A stretch of 64,000 bases of DNA from Eledone cirrhosa (GCA_964016885.1 OZ024742.1:273420001-273484000); one strand, 5' to 3'; positions 1 through 14,159 are shown, numbered from the stretch's first letter. The notes: generated from the letters alone by a model not told the origin. Numbers and translations: made by a program.

Positions 1-2352
1 CACCTTCGACTTTTGACAAGAAAAACAAGAACATGACCAAGCAGTGATATCACGTCTCATATTTAGCCAAAAGAATCTAGCCGAAATGAGTTTCACTGTG
101 GTCGAAATACCGGGGTGTACCAGACTATGTAGACAGTCGAAAACTATTCGACGATGAAAAATGGCTAACAGTTCGCGCCCGAAAGTGCTATAGCGGGATT
201 CGGCGGGCTTTAACTGCTTTAAAAAGAAAGCAGGGGTTGAAGCTGTTTGTGGGGATGCTGTTTCAATACTGCACCTACAGCTGTGTTTGATGAATCCACA
301 ACCAGCAAAAAATGGGCACCAGACACAGAGTGTGCAAGCAGAGATGCGTTTGCTAAATACTGTTTAACTGTGGAGAATGCCTCAAACTGCATGGAGCCAA
401 AGCGATTTGTTCATTTTCCCTCTTACTCTTACGTAAGAGATCAGACGGCAAATCTAAGAGTTCTGAGCAATGCGGAATAAACCGGCGATAATAATTTAGG
501 AGGCCCAGGAACTGCCGCAGCTGTCGCAAGGATGTAAACGGAAGGAGTTCCTGAAGAGCCTTCACTTTCTCAGGCAGTGGGGATATTTCCTCAGAGTTAA
601 TCACGTGGTCCAAAAAGACGACTGAAGCAGCGCAGAATATACACTTCGCAGGGTTAATACGAACTTGGTACTGCCTAAATTGTTGAAACAATTGGTGGAG
701 GGGCGAGATATGATCCTCCGGTGAAGTACTAGGAATGAGAATATCGTCGATGTAACGGTATATGAAGTCTAAATCACGGACGACCTCATCCATAGAAGGT
801 ACTGGCAGCATTGCGTAATACGAAAGGCATCGTTAAAAAGTCGTATGCACCGAAAGGTGTAGTGACAGCAGTTTTAGGAATGCCAGCAGGATTCACAAGA
901 ATTTGATGGTAAGATTTGATGAAGTCCAATTTGGAAAAAATGGTACATCCATGAAGATAAGAAGCAAAATCCAGGATGTGTGGTATCGGATAACGGCCAG
1001 ACACAGTGATCGAATTCAATCTCCGAAAATCTCCAGTGGGGCGCCAGTCTCCCGAAGGTTTCGGAAGCATATGCAAAAGCAAGGCCCACTGACTGGCAGA
1101 AGGCGAACGGTACCCAACTGCAGCATATGATTAAACTCTGCCTTAGCCGCTTTCACTTTTTGTGGGGAGAGACGACGCGGGCTTGACAAATCTGGAGCAC
1201 CCTTACTCTCAATAAAATGGGTGAAAAAACTGGAACACCCTTGCTCTCAATAAAATGCTTGGTACCCGTATCAACGAGACTACGTGTCTGAGAGAAGGAA
1301 TCCGTGCTAAATCTCCGGCGATTCGTTTCCCTTTTTGACAAAAGAACAAGGCTCCAAAACGCCTATGATACCACCATAATTGCAATGGCGAAGGTGGAGA
1401 ACGACGATGTGATGAGTGAGAGCGATTTCGCGACCGTTGTCTGGGAGATTGTGACCTGGAGAAGCGTAGGAGTTGCACCTATTTTTCTAATTCTCGAATG
1501 GCCTTAAGCGTGGCCTCAGCGGGCAATGTAGCATTTGTAGAACCGATGCAACTGGCGAAGATGAAGAAGAATTTGCCGTGAGTGGCGTCGGGATAGAAGT
1601 GGTAGAGTTGCCGGTATAGTCTACGGTCTTATCGGCGGACGAAGCTATGTGATCCGCCAAACTGGTCTATATCATCGGTGCCAAAATGTCATGCAAATTA
1701 GGTGGCAGTCTTGAGAAAAACAACTGCTTTATCATTATGGTCTCTGCCAGTGAATATTCTGCAAGCTCTTTCATACTACGCAAGAGCAGTATAGGCCGAC
1801 GATCGCTCATCGTTTACCAGAGTACGGAACTTCTTTTCAGCTGAAATAGAGGTACGCTAAAGAATTTCTTTCTTTACGCTGTTGTAAGTTGCTTCAAGTG
1901 ACGGGTCAGTGATTAAATCATTAACAGCTAGCGTTAAGGAAGCAGGAATAGCACTAAGTAAAATATGGAGATGTCGAATAGATGATAATATATTATTGTC
2001 AGAAAATAAAATTCCATTCGTACAGGCCAAATTCGAATATCGCCTGTATACATTGGTAGAGTGTTGCTTCACGTGGTAGTGAGAACAGAAAAATAGTCTT
2101 TCTTTGTTTCTGTGAAAATAAGAAGAGAATGTTTGTCACTCAAAAGTTGTAAGTCTTGAGCGCACACTCACTGCGCATGTTGAAACCAAAATCAACGCGC
2201 GGGAACAGGCGAACAAAAAGGTGAGACACCATTTTTGAAACAGGTTTTGTGTCCCGAAAACGCACGAAAAGACCATGAAGACAAAGTAGGCGGCCATACT
2301 GAATGAGAAATCCATGTGCGAAGAAAAATTTTTCGTGGTTGCGGGTTACCAA
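1..2352 (-). mobile_element. Decayed Ty3/Gypsy LTR retrotransposon internal region (gag, truncated protease, RT, RNase H), running off the window start
   Basis: RT motifs KPSGDWRPTGDFRRLN, YPIPHI, KTAVTTPFG (786-1082) and YIDDILI, LRQFLGLLNYYRRFIP (353-811). RNase H-type LKPAESRYSTFGRELLA at about 150-230. Protease-like LVDTG at about 1265-1280 is joined directly to the pre-RT segment, implying an internal deletion. Gag-like WYHRRFG at about 1350-1380. PBS-like TGGTAACCCGC at 2341-2351 (minus). Multiple frameshifts and stops. Confidence 0.9.
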
Positions 2353-3144
2353 TTTATAATGAAAAGAGAGTCAAATGCCTACTTATACCTTTTAATAATT
2401 ACAGGTTGAAACATCTATGGACCTTGTTTATCACAAACAATTGTATAATGTAATTCCCTCTAGAGGAGGTTTTAAGGAAATACCTTAGTCGGTGTGGTCC
2501 GTCTTCTGTGCTTGCTGTGACAGGCTTCTAACATCCATGATATAAATAATTATCCTTTTTAACACTCAATTCCATATAAACACATATTTATTGTTAGAAA
2601 GCCGAATTTCTATACACACAATGTATTCATACGCGATCTAAAACGATTGGTTTGTTTAACCAAATCACGCATGACACTTTGTTGTTGCAATGTAATGAAG
2701 TAGCTCCGCTACAGGATCATGCGTAGTCTGGTGTTTCAATCAAACGTTAGTTGGGAATTATAGTGATTGACATTGTCTTACTTCCCCGGTGCACAATGAC
2801 ACAATCATTAAACAGGAGCATGATACAGAACCCAAGAAGTAACACGTGGTAGAACTAGAGAAGTGGATAGACTAATTTGCATATCTGATACATATAAAAA
2901 CGTGCTTTCTCATGTATTGTAAAAGATGTAGTCAGGTTCTGAAGAAATTCATAATAAAATCCGAAACTCCAATCAAGTTATTCATATTTATCAGCCCAAG
3001 TTAATACATGTAGAACATGTTCGCATGCTACTACACAAAACCAAAAACTAAAACGTTTTCATACTGGGTAACGTGTTATATATATGCCTTCATTGAGTGT
3101 TTATGTTGCAACGAGGTCAAAATGCCTCTACATCTGATTTCCTG

Positions 3145-3181
<37 letters not shown>

Positions 3182-3188
<7 letters not shown>

Positions 3189-3822
3189 TTCGTATTTCTA
3201 AAGAAACACGGTTTTAGGAAGCCATAGTTATGCAAACACCGGGGCTAACGCGCTCTGGTGGTGTCCAGCAGAAGCAAGAGGGACAACCGTTGGCTCAACT
3301 TATAATAGAAAAAAAATAGGATTTCGCTTCTGAAGAATGCCAGTCAAGCCTGAAATGCATAGACGTTTGTCCCCTTTGCTTCTGCTGGACACCACCAGAA
3401 GGTGTTAGACCCGGTGGCTTCCTAAAACCGTGTTTCTTTAGAAATAGGAAATTTCTATGCATATATCTATAAAGTTATGCTTGAAGAGAAATCCTATTTC
3501 TTTTCTATTTTAAGTTGAGCCAACTTATGCAGCTTCATATGCAAATGAGATTAATCACCTCATTTACACAGACGAGAAAAACTATATATTCTCGACTGCT
3601 TTCAAGTCCAGCATTATCAAGCGGTGGGAGGGACCGTCCCTGAAGAAGGCCAGTCAAGCCTGAAATGCTGAGACGGTTGTACACCTTGTTTCTGCTGGAT
3701 ACCACCAGAGGCCGTTAGCCCCGGTGTTTGCATAGCTACAGCTTCCTAAAACCGTGTTTCTTTACGAAATGTCTATACATATTTGTATAAAGCTATGCTT
3801 AAAGTGAAATCCTATTTCTTTT
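3182..3822. repeat. Non-coding repeat in inverted plus tandem arrangement (PLE pseudo-LTR-like) carrying hammerhead motifs
   Basis: 3182-3290 is the reverse complement of about 3364-3459. 3330-3505 is repeated directly at 3640-3822. Bounded by (TA)n. Confidence 0.8.
3633..3677 (+). ncRNA. Minimal type I hammerhead ribozyme motif (degenerate); second copy at 3330-3366
   Basis: accgtcc-CTGAAGA-aggc(cagtcaa)gcct-GAAA-tgctga-gacggt; stem I accgtc/gacggt. The 3330 copy keeps the palindromic stem III and cleavage site (GAAA-tgca-TA) but has a damaged stem II. Confidence 0.7.
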
Positions 3823-3823
3823 A

Positions 3824-3848
3824 TATATATATATGTATATATATTTTG

Positions 3849-3880
<32 letters not shown>

Positions 3881-3894
3881 CGTAGATAGAGAGA

Positions 3895-3977
<83 letters not shown>

Positions 3978-4021
3978 AGAGAGAGGGATCGTCTAATATA
4001 TATATATATATATATATATAT
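3824..4021. repeat. (TA)n/(TG)n/(GA)n microsatellite block
   Basis: Direct inspection. Confidence 0.95.
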
Positions 4022-4078
4022 TTCGTTTTGGAATTTGTTTAGCAAAATTCTTTATCTGAAAACGTGTGTTGAAACCGA

Positions 4079-4624
4079 TATTGTTATACTTTCGGACGGT
4101 GATGTTGCCAATAAGAAACACACGTACCAGTTGCTTTCACTCCAATTTATTATAAATTAAATTATAACTTTAAAACATTTAAAAATTTCCGGTTGGTTGG
4201 TTGCTTCCACAACCGGATGGTTTTTCATATATTGTTCCATTTCTAGCGTCACACATTCTGTGACCTAATCAGTGACCGGGGATTATTTTCTTTGTTTTGT
4301 ACCTCTCCTTTGTTCTGTCCTACGTCATCTTGTTTCACACAACACACACAAAATCAATATGGCGTAAGACAGAACAAACGAGAGGCACAAAACGAAGAAA
4401 ATAATCCCCGGTCACTGATGAGGTCACAGAATGTGTGACGAAAGAAATTTGACAATATATGAACAACCATCCGGTTGTGGAACCAACCAGCCAACCAACC
4501 GGAAATTTATAAATTTATTTTAATTTATTTTAATTTATAATTTAATTTATAATGAATTGTAGTGAAAGCATCTGGTACGTGTGTTTCTTATTGGCAACAT
4601 GACCGTCCCAAAGTATAACAATAT
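4079..4624. repeat. About 540-bp imperfect palindrome made of two inverted copies of the Naiad-like PLE 3' terminal repeat
   Basis: The left arm (atattgttatactttcggacgg...) is the reverse complement of the right arm (...ccgtcccaaagtataacaatat); centre about 4345. The same sequence occurs at 11520-11780 and 14040-14315. Confidence 0.88.
4411..4453 (+). ncRNA. Minimal hammerhead ribozyme motif in PLE terminal repeat
   Basis: gtca-CTGATGA-g-gtcaca(gaatg)tgtgac-GAAA-gaaatt-tgac; stem I gtca/tgac, 6-bp stem II. Confidence 0.7.
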
Positions 4625-4659
4625 ATATATATATATATTTATATACATATATGTAAAGG

Positions 4660-5410
4660 AGATCAAGTTTACGGCCTCACTCGATCCTGTACTAGCTGGC
4701 AGATCGCTATATATTTTGTCGTTCCTTGTACGTTTCCTAGGTATGGAAAATGCTTTCTGATGATCAGAACATTTCCATTGGAAGTCCCTAGGTATTCCAA
4801 TCTTTTGTGAGGTGAGACCGTCGGTAAAAGCAAAAGGAATAGGTGAATATTTAAATAATATTTTTAAATGTAATTTAAACAATTGTTTGAAACTTGCTTG
4901 CTCCGCTTATCTCAATTTTATAGTTCTGGTGTGTCAAATTAATACCATAGAACAACCACTGCACCATAGTCACCCTATATATTTCCATAGGTACTTAGTA
5001 CCTGTGGGGATATTGATCTCATTTTTATATATTCTCCTATGTGTGTAGAGAAAAAATCCGTTGTTTTATTTAGCTGCTATTTTTAGTGGCGTGATAAACA
5101 ACACGTCTATGTTTACTTCCGCTTCTACTAAGGGCTGGTTCATGTGCAGGTCAAGTTTTCGGCCTCATTCGATCCTGTACTAACTGGCAGATGGCAATAT
5201 ATTTTGTCGTTCATGGGACTTTTAGTCCTAGGTAGGGAAAATGCTTTCTTAAGATCCAAATATTTCCATTGGAAGTCCCTAGGATTTCCAATCTTTTGTG
5301 AGGTGAAACCGTCGGTAAAAGCAAAAGGAATAGGTGAATATTTAAATTATATTTTTTAATTTATTTAAAACAATTGTTTGAATCTTTCTTGCTCCTCTTA
5401 TCTCAATTAT
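4660..5410. repeat. Diverged direct repeat pair of about 260 bp (4660-4920 and 5150-5410)
   Basis: Both copies share tcaagttt.cggcctca.tcgatcctgtacta.ctggcagat and gtcggtaaaagcaaaaggaataggtgaatatttaaat. Confidence 0.85.
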
Positions 5411-5419
5411 ATATATATA

Positions 5420-5814
5420 AGAAACTTGGACACTGACCAAAAAAACTGACTCAGATGGTGGATGGGTGCTACACGAGAATGCTGAGAAATGGTTCTGCAC
5501 ATTAATCAGTATACACTGAGGATGAAGCAGTCAGAGCTGAACGGGAGCCTTCCAAAAGTCAGCTCGAGAGTAGCCCAGAGGTGACTGATGTTAGCTGGAC
5601 ATGCTCACCGACATCCAGAGTTTACACTGCGTTCAGTGCTCCTGTTGGAGTCCCTACATGGACGACTGGAAGAGAAAGACTGAGGTTGACATACGTTGAT
5701 GCACTAAGGACAGACACTGGTCTCTTGGAGACGCAGGACATCGCAGCGATAATGTGGGACAGATACCGCTGGAGAGAACTCGTCCATGGATCACGGGAAT
5801 TTTACCCGCCCTAG
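5420..5814 (+). mobile_element. RTE-clade LINE 3' fragment
   Basis: Frameshifted translation ETWTLTKK...DGCYTRMLR...LPKVSSRVAQR*LMLAGHAHRHPE...RLTYVDALRTDTG...DRYRWR, the typical RTE C-terminus. Confidence 0.8.
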
Positions 5815-5820
5815 ATATGT

Positions 5821-6156
5821 AAGTATAACATTAAGAACAATGCTGATGTTACATAACTAGTTCATTCATGATAATTATTTCAACGTTTCTCTTATGCCAT
5901 CCATAATATCATGCATCTCTTGTTGGTATGGGAACCGTAATTTCAGAGGAAAATGAGATTTGGGGATATGCCGCAGGCAAAGACACACCCCTCTTCTTGT
6001 GTGCCCGGGAAATCAGAATTTCAGATTTTCATCTGAAGATACCATTCTTATAACAACAACAAATGCATAACGTACATCATGGATTGCATAAGAGAACCGT
6101 TAAAATAATTATTATGAACAAACGATTTATGTAACAATTGCACTTATTCTTATACT
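5821..6156. repeat. Old imperfect palindrome (MITE-like), arms about 140 bp
   Basis: tgttacataactagttcattcatgataattatttcaacgtttctcttatgccatccat (left) matches the reverse complement of the right arm, tgttacataaatcgtttgttcataataattattttaacggttctcttatgcaatccat. Confidence 0.75.
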
Positions 6157-6258
6157 GAATCTCCATCGTAACTAAAAGCTACGAATGTAGAGAGAGAGAG
6201 TTTCCAGTGCCTGACGACTTTCCAGACACCAGGCGCCCAGTCTCGATCTTCGCTTGCC

Positions 6259-7080
6259 CTATAATTGCAGCTCAGTAAAGGAGACGTCTTTCAGAAAGAC
6301 GCAGCTGACAAAATCTGAATACTGCTTTTCCTCGTTTAGGAATATTTTCATATGCCGTAGCTCCAGCGTACGTTGCCGCAGAGTCATCGACAGATTGCCG
6401 ACACCTCTACGGAATTGGCGTTGGTAGCAGTTGAACCACCAAACCAATAGAACATTTCCCTTCCACATGATGTAAAAGAACAGACGCATCTTTCGAGTGA
6501 GATGCGAACTGGGACAATGAACGACGCTCTTCTGGTAATATACAACGGAAGCGATGTTCATGTTCACCAACACAACCCGAAGTTTCAAGAATATCTACCA
6601 ATCTATCACTGCTGAATAGGTTTGATGACTCTGCTCGTTACCTCATCCAAGTTTCTATGGAGGGGGGGGGGATCAGGACAAATCTAAATTCCTCACATAT
6701 TAACCAGTCTATCAGTCCGATGACTAATAACGCAGTTGAAGGGCATGAACTTGCTTCTTCATGTACCAACTTGCAAACCCACCGACATAACCAGGTCATT
6801 CTTTGCTCCCTATAAACATTCATAATCCTCTAATTTGCCGGCCACCTCGATATCCGAGGTGTTAGACACCATCACAGTGACCTCATCCGCAGAAGCCAAT
6901 GGATCCCTTCCCCGTCTCTGCATAGACATTGCTTTTGAACAGCTTCAGCTTCCGCAATAGTGGCTGTAGTGGCTCGAGAAGCAGTGCATTCGGAAGATAA
7001 CAAGAATATCATCATTCACGGACCAAGGCCATGAGCGAAAGCTCTTTCGATGGGTGGCTATTTATTCTGACACCAAAGAA
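6259..7080 (-). mobile_element. Second Gypsy-type remnant: PBS plus decayed gag N-terminal region
   Basis: PBS-like TGGTGTCAGAA at 7065-7075 (minus). ORF 6259-6588 (FFY...WWFNCYQRQF...L...Y.DF...KDVSFTEL) follows the spacing of Gypsy gag FxY...WFxRYxxxF...F.E motifs. Confidence 0.5.
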
Positions 7081-7654
7081 GGTACCACTGTGCCTTATAT
7101 AGATACATCTCCTCAAACCTCAGCCTCCATGTAGCGTTGTTCAATACCACAGGGACCTTGCGATTGATCAATATTATTTAGAAATATAATCTCCTTACTT
7201 CCTTCTTTCCTCATCCGTGCTAATATTCCCGTATTTAGAGGACTGCAACCAACTGCCTTACGCAGCAGCAAAAACATCGGTGAGCAACTCTGGCATACCT
7301 ATGTGAAAATCGTAAGGTAAATAAGCCAGCCAGACAACCTCACTTCGTGCAACTTAATAGGGCTTCCTGTGTTCCAGCTGCTTTCAGAGACATTTAAGTC
7401 ACAACTCATCTTTAGTTCTGAGTCACTTTAGGCTCTCCAGATACAAAATATTTCACCACTCTCTTGCACCGAATACAAAGTTCAACAGGAAAGGCACATA
7501 CTTAATTCGGATCGAGCAGAACGCACTCACTTCCAGTTTTATATTGTATTGTGCCGTTTCTTAATATTCTCTCGCATTACTACTTATTTCTTTGTATTTG
7601 ATTCATCACATTCCATAACAATACATTATTTTCTCATTTACCGGATTAAAGTGC

Positions 7655-7724
7655 ATCTCTATCAATCTATCTATCTATATATACACATATATATCTCCCC
7701 CCCCCCCCCCACACCCCCACCCCC

Positions 7725-7769
<45 letters not shown>

Positions 7770-7813
7770 GTGTTTCCGTATACACTTATATATATATATA
7801 TAAGTGTATACAG

Positions 7814-7861
<48 letters not shown>

Positions 7862-7882
7862 TGTGTGTGTGTGTGTGTGTGC

Positions 7883-7933
<51 letters not shown>

Positions 7934-7942
7934 TGTGTGTGT
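7655..7942. repeat. Compound microsatellite (TA, C-run, TG)
   Basis: Direct inspection; explains the HT/CV/YI-rich spurious ORFs. Confidence 0.95.
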
Positions 7943-8019
7943 TCAATGGTCGCTATATTGCCTCCATAGGCGATATGCCGGTTGAGCACTCTATGTTCTT
8001 ACAGAGCAGAGTGTGATAT

Positions 8020-9987
<1,968 letters not shown>

Positions 9988-10049
9988 ATATATATATATA
10001 TATATATAGTGACGAAACATAAGTCAATTGCATGAACTCATAATCCTTT

Positions 10050-10105
10050 ACTGCTATATATATTTCGATGATAGCCATTGAATGGCTATGATCTCATCAG
10101 ACAGT
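10050..10105 (-). ncRNA. Apparently intact minimal type I hammerhead ribozyme
   Basis: Minus strand: actgt-CTGATGA-gatcatagccat(tca)atggctatcatc-GAAA-tatata-TA-gcagt. Complete core, 11/12-bp stem II, palindromic stem III, stem I actgt/gcagt. Confidence 0.85.
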
Positions 10106-10165
10106 TAGTCAGTTCGTAGATATGCCAGCTCTATGTGTATAGTGTTTGATGGTATCAGAGCCTTG

Positions 10166-10257
<92 letters not shown>

Positions 10258-10420
10258 ATCCCTTTATATATCCCGTATATTAATATTGTCTGGGATCCAG
10301 TAACTTTTGGTAATGCAGTAGTTATATTTTGTGTTGTTCACTTTCCAATATATATATATTTATATATATATAATATTTCCAATATAATATTTATATATTT
10401 ATATATATATAATATTTATA

Positions 10421-10530
<110 letters not shown>

Positions 10531-10606
10531 GAAGTTATATTTAATTTGTTGGGATACAACAAGCAAATATTTTTATAACTGATATAAAGCACTCAACAAG
10601 TTATTT

Positions 10607-10797
10607 GAGTGAAAGAATATGGTGCATGTATTTCTTATTGGCAACATGACCCTCCCAAAGTATAACAATATCGGTTTCAACTCACGATTTCAGATAAAGT
10701 ATCTTGCTACACAAATTCAGATACGAAATATATATATATATATATATATATACGTAGAGCCCTCTTTTTTCCTGGACATTTCCGACGAAATTACTTC

Positions 10798-10873
<76 letters not shown>

Positions 10874-11161
10874 TATTAGAAATGTAAGCTATCGCCGTAT
10901 TTTGACTAAAGTAATTAAAGAAATGATTTAGCATGATAGTGGGGTTAAGAACCCTCGGAGAAATGGAAAAAGATGAGTATTGACATATATATATATATAT
11001 ATATAACTATATATATATATATATGACATATATATTGACATATATATATATATGTCAATACTCAACTTTTTTCCATTTCTCCGAGGGTTCTTAACCCCAC
11101 TATCAGGCTAAATCATTTCTTTAATTTCTTTAGTCAAAATACGGCGATAGCTTACATTTCT

Positions 11162-11220
<59 letters not shown>

Positions 11221-11273
11221 GGTGTGTGTGTGTATGTGTTTGTGTGTGTGTGTGTGTGTGTATGTGTGTGTGT

Positions 11274-11354
<81 letters not shown>

Positions 11355-11426
11355 CGTGTGTGTGTGTGTGTGTGTGTAAAAGAAGTAATTTCGTCGGAAA
11401 GGTCCAGGAAAGAAGAGTGCTCTACG

Positions 11427-11461
<35 letters not shown>

Positions 11462-11583
11462 TTCGTTTCTGAATTTGTGTAGCAAGATACTTTATCTGAA
11501 ATCGTGAGTTGAAACCGATATTGTTATACTTTGGGAGGGTCATGTTGCCAATAAGAAACACACGCACCAACGCTTTCACTCCA
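10607..11583. repeat. About 1-kb fold-back palindrome centred on a (TA)n tract
   Basis: 10607-10990 is the reverse complement of about 11050-11583, with a few substitutions and different microsatellite lengths; centre about 11020. Confidence 0.92.
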
Positions 11584-11656
11584 ATTTATTATAAATTAAA
11601 TTTATAAATTTCCGGTTGGTTGGTTGGTTCCACAACCGGACGGGTGTTCATATATT

Positions 11657-11699
11657 TTCAAAGTTATTTCGTCACACATTATGTGACCTCTTCAGTGAC
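11657..11699 (-). ncRNA. Hammerhead motif in the inverted PLE terminal repeat
   Basis: gtca-CTGAAGA-g-gtcaca(taatg)tgtgac-GAAA-taactt-tgaa. Confidence 0.62.
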
Positions 11700-14116
11700 G
11701 GGGGATTCTTCTCTTTGTTTTGCGCCTCTCCTTTGTTCTGTGCTACACCATCTTGTTTTTTTTGTGTGTTGTGTGTTTCGTTTGCGCATGTGTTACATCC
11801 GGGTGTCTGTGTGTGTTTTTATTTGTTTATTTATTTGTTTATTTACGTATTATTGGTTTTTTCCTTAATTGTAAGTTGTGATGTTGCTATTCCATTCATG
11901 TTTTCTATTTAATTTTGGTTGGAGTTCATTTATGTTTATTGCTTCTGTGATGTATCTAAACATTGCGTCTTTTCTGTGTGTAGATTATATTTTTATTTGT
12001 ATGATCTCTAATTTGCCCCTTATGTTCTATTTTAGCATGTTGGTTGAGTACTGATGAATATTTTCTATCTTTACATTGTCCTTCAGTACATCTTATGCTA
12101 TATAATATGTTTCTAGTTTTACAGTCTGTGGAGCTAACATAGCTAGTAACTACAGACTTTCCTACTTCCTCTCCCTGATCGAACACCCCATCATTGAAAT
12201 GTCCCCGGATATATGTGGCAGCACGGAGGACCTCCTCAGCAGAATCAATGAAATTAACCGATCTAGGGTCCTAACAGACTGTATAATAGGTAGTATGGAA
12301 GTTATGTCCCTATACCCATCCATTGACGTGGATTTTGCTGTGGAGAAATGCGTAGAAATGATCAGTAAGAGCAATGTTGAATTCCGTCGGATTGGTACCA
12401 GTGAGCTGGGACTCCTACTTAAAGTTAGCTATAGTAATGATTATCTAGATACGTATGACCTTAGCAACCTCTGCCCTACAAGGCCAGCAATAGGCAGACC
12501 ACCCACCATTAACTCAATGGCCAAGAAAAACCCACACATAAAGATGGAACGGGTGGACCAGAGCCATACCGACCTCCGAAAACCATGATAAACAGAAGAA
12601 GATTATTGCACATGTGGTGAGGGCCAGTATAAAACTAACCCTTAAGGAACATATCTTCAAATTTAATGGAAAAACATATGGCCAAGAGGAGGGAGCAGCC
12701 ATTGGTGCTAGCATTGCAGGTGACATAGCTAACCTATTCATGGTATGGTGGGACAATAAACTTAAACTTAAAGAACAATTAGAAGACAGCAACCTTTTAA
12801 CCCTGATAATGTACTCTCGCTACGTTGATGACATAAACATCGTAGTAAAAACACCCCCACTAGAGATCAGTCAGGAATTAACAAAAAAACACCATGGAAA
12901 TCATCCAGCAAATAGCTAACTCCATCCACCAGAGTATTAGAGGTACTATAGACTACACAAACAAACACCCCAACCATCGCTTACCTGTACTAGACACAGA
13001 GCTCTGGTTAGAAACCATTAATAACAAAAAACAAATCCTCCATTCCTATTATGCCAAACCCATGACCTCCACATATCTGATCCACCGAAACTCAGCTGTT
13101 TCGGATCACACCAAAATCAACATACTGATTGCGGATTTAGTACGGGTGATGAGAAACGTGTCCGGCATGTGCAACCCTAAAGAACTAGAGAGTCACATAC
13201 AACACTTCATCCACCGTATACAGTTCTCTGGTTACAATCAGAGAGATAAAATCAGAGTATATAGAGGAGCCAGAACCAAATGGGAAAAAATGGTAAATAC
13301 TGATACAAATGGGACCTGCCCCTTGGATAGGAGCACATTTTGGAATAGAATAGAATAGAAAGAACTAGGAATAAGGTTAATATAATAAACTCATGGTATG
13401 ATAGCAATAAATACCAGAGTGTAATGTTCCTCAATACAACCCCTAGAGGTGAATTAGGTTACAAACTTAGAAGGGCCCTAGATAAACTTAAACTAAATAT
13501 TAAGATAGTAGAAATACCAGGTACCTCCATAAAAACACTTATTAGTAATACATACCCTTTTGAAAGACCTCCCTGTATAGATTAGAAATGCATAATCTGT
13601 AAACTAAGCCCCCATATTAACTGTAAAACTAGAAACATAGTATATAGCATATGTAGTGAAGGACAATGTAAAGATAAGAATATAGTGTACATAAGTGAGC
13701 CAGCTCGTAATATAGGAGAACGATTAAATTAACACTGGCGAGACTCCAAGTTAGAAAAGATTCATCAGTACTCCACCAACATGCTAAACTAGAACAAAAG
13801 GGCAAATTAGAGAACATAGAAATAAAAATAAAATCTACACACAGAAAAGACGCAATGTTTAGACAAACCACAGAAGCAATAAACATAAATAGAAAACATG
13901 AATGGAATAGCAACATCACAACTTACAATTAATGAAAAACACACACACATAGAACAAACAACCAACAAGTAACACGTAAATAAAAAAAAAAAAAAAAAAC
14001 ACACACACAGACACCCGGATGTAACATATGCGTAAACGAGACACACAACACACACAAAACCAAGATGGCGTATGACAGAACAATGGAGAGGTACAAAACA
14101 AAGAGAATAATCCCCA

Positions 14117-14159
14117 GTCACTGAAGAGGTCACAGCATGTGTGACGAAAGAACTTTGAC
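14117..14159 (+). ncRNA. Hammerhead motif in PLE 3' terminal repeat
   Basis: gtca-CTGAAGA-g-gtcaca(gcatg)tgtgac-GAAA-gaactt-tgac; lies about 200 nt downstream of the endonuclease stop, on the sense strand. Confidence 0.75.

Noticed and set aside
13570-13915. Selenocysteine recoding in the Naiad-like element
   Set aside because: Conserved Cys positions use TGT/TGC in all three copies. The in-frame stops are copy-specific, and I recognise no SECIS.
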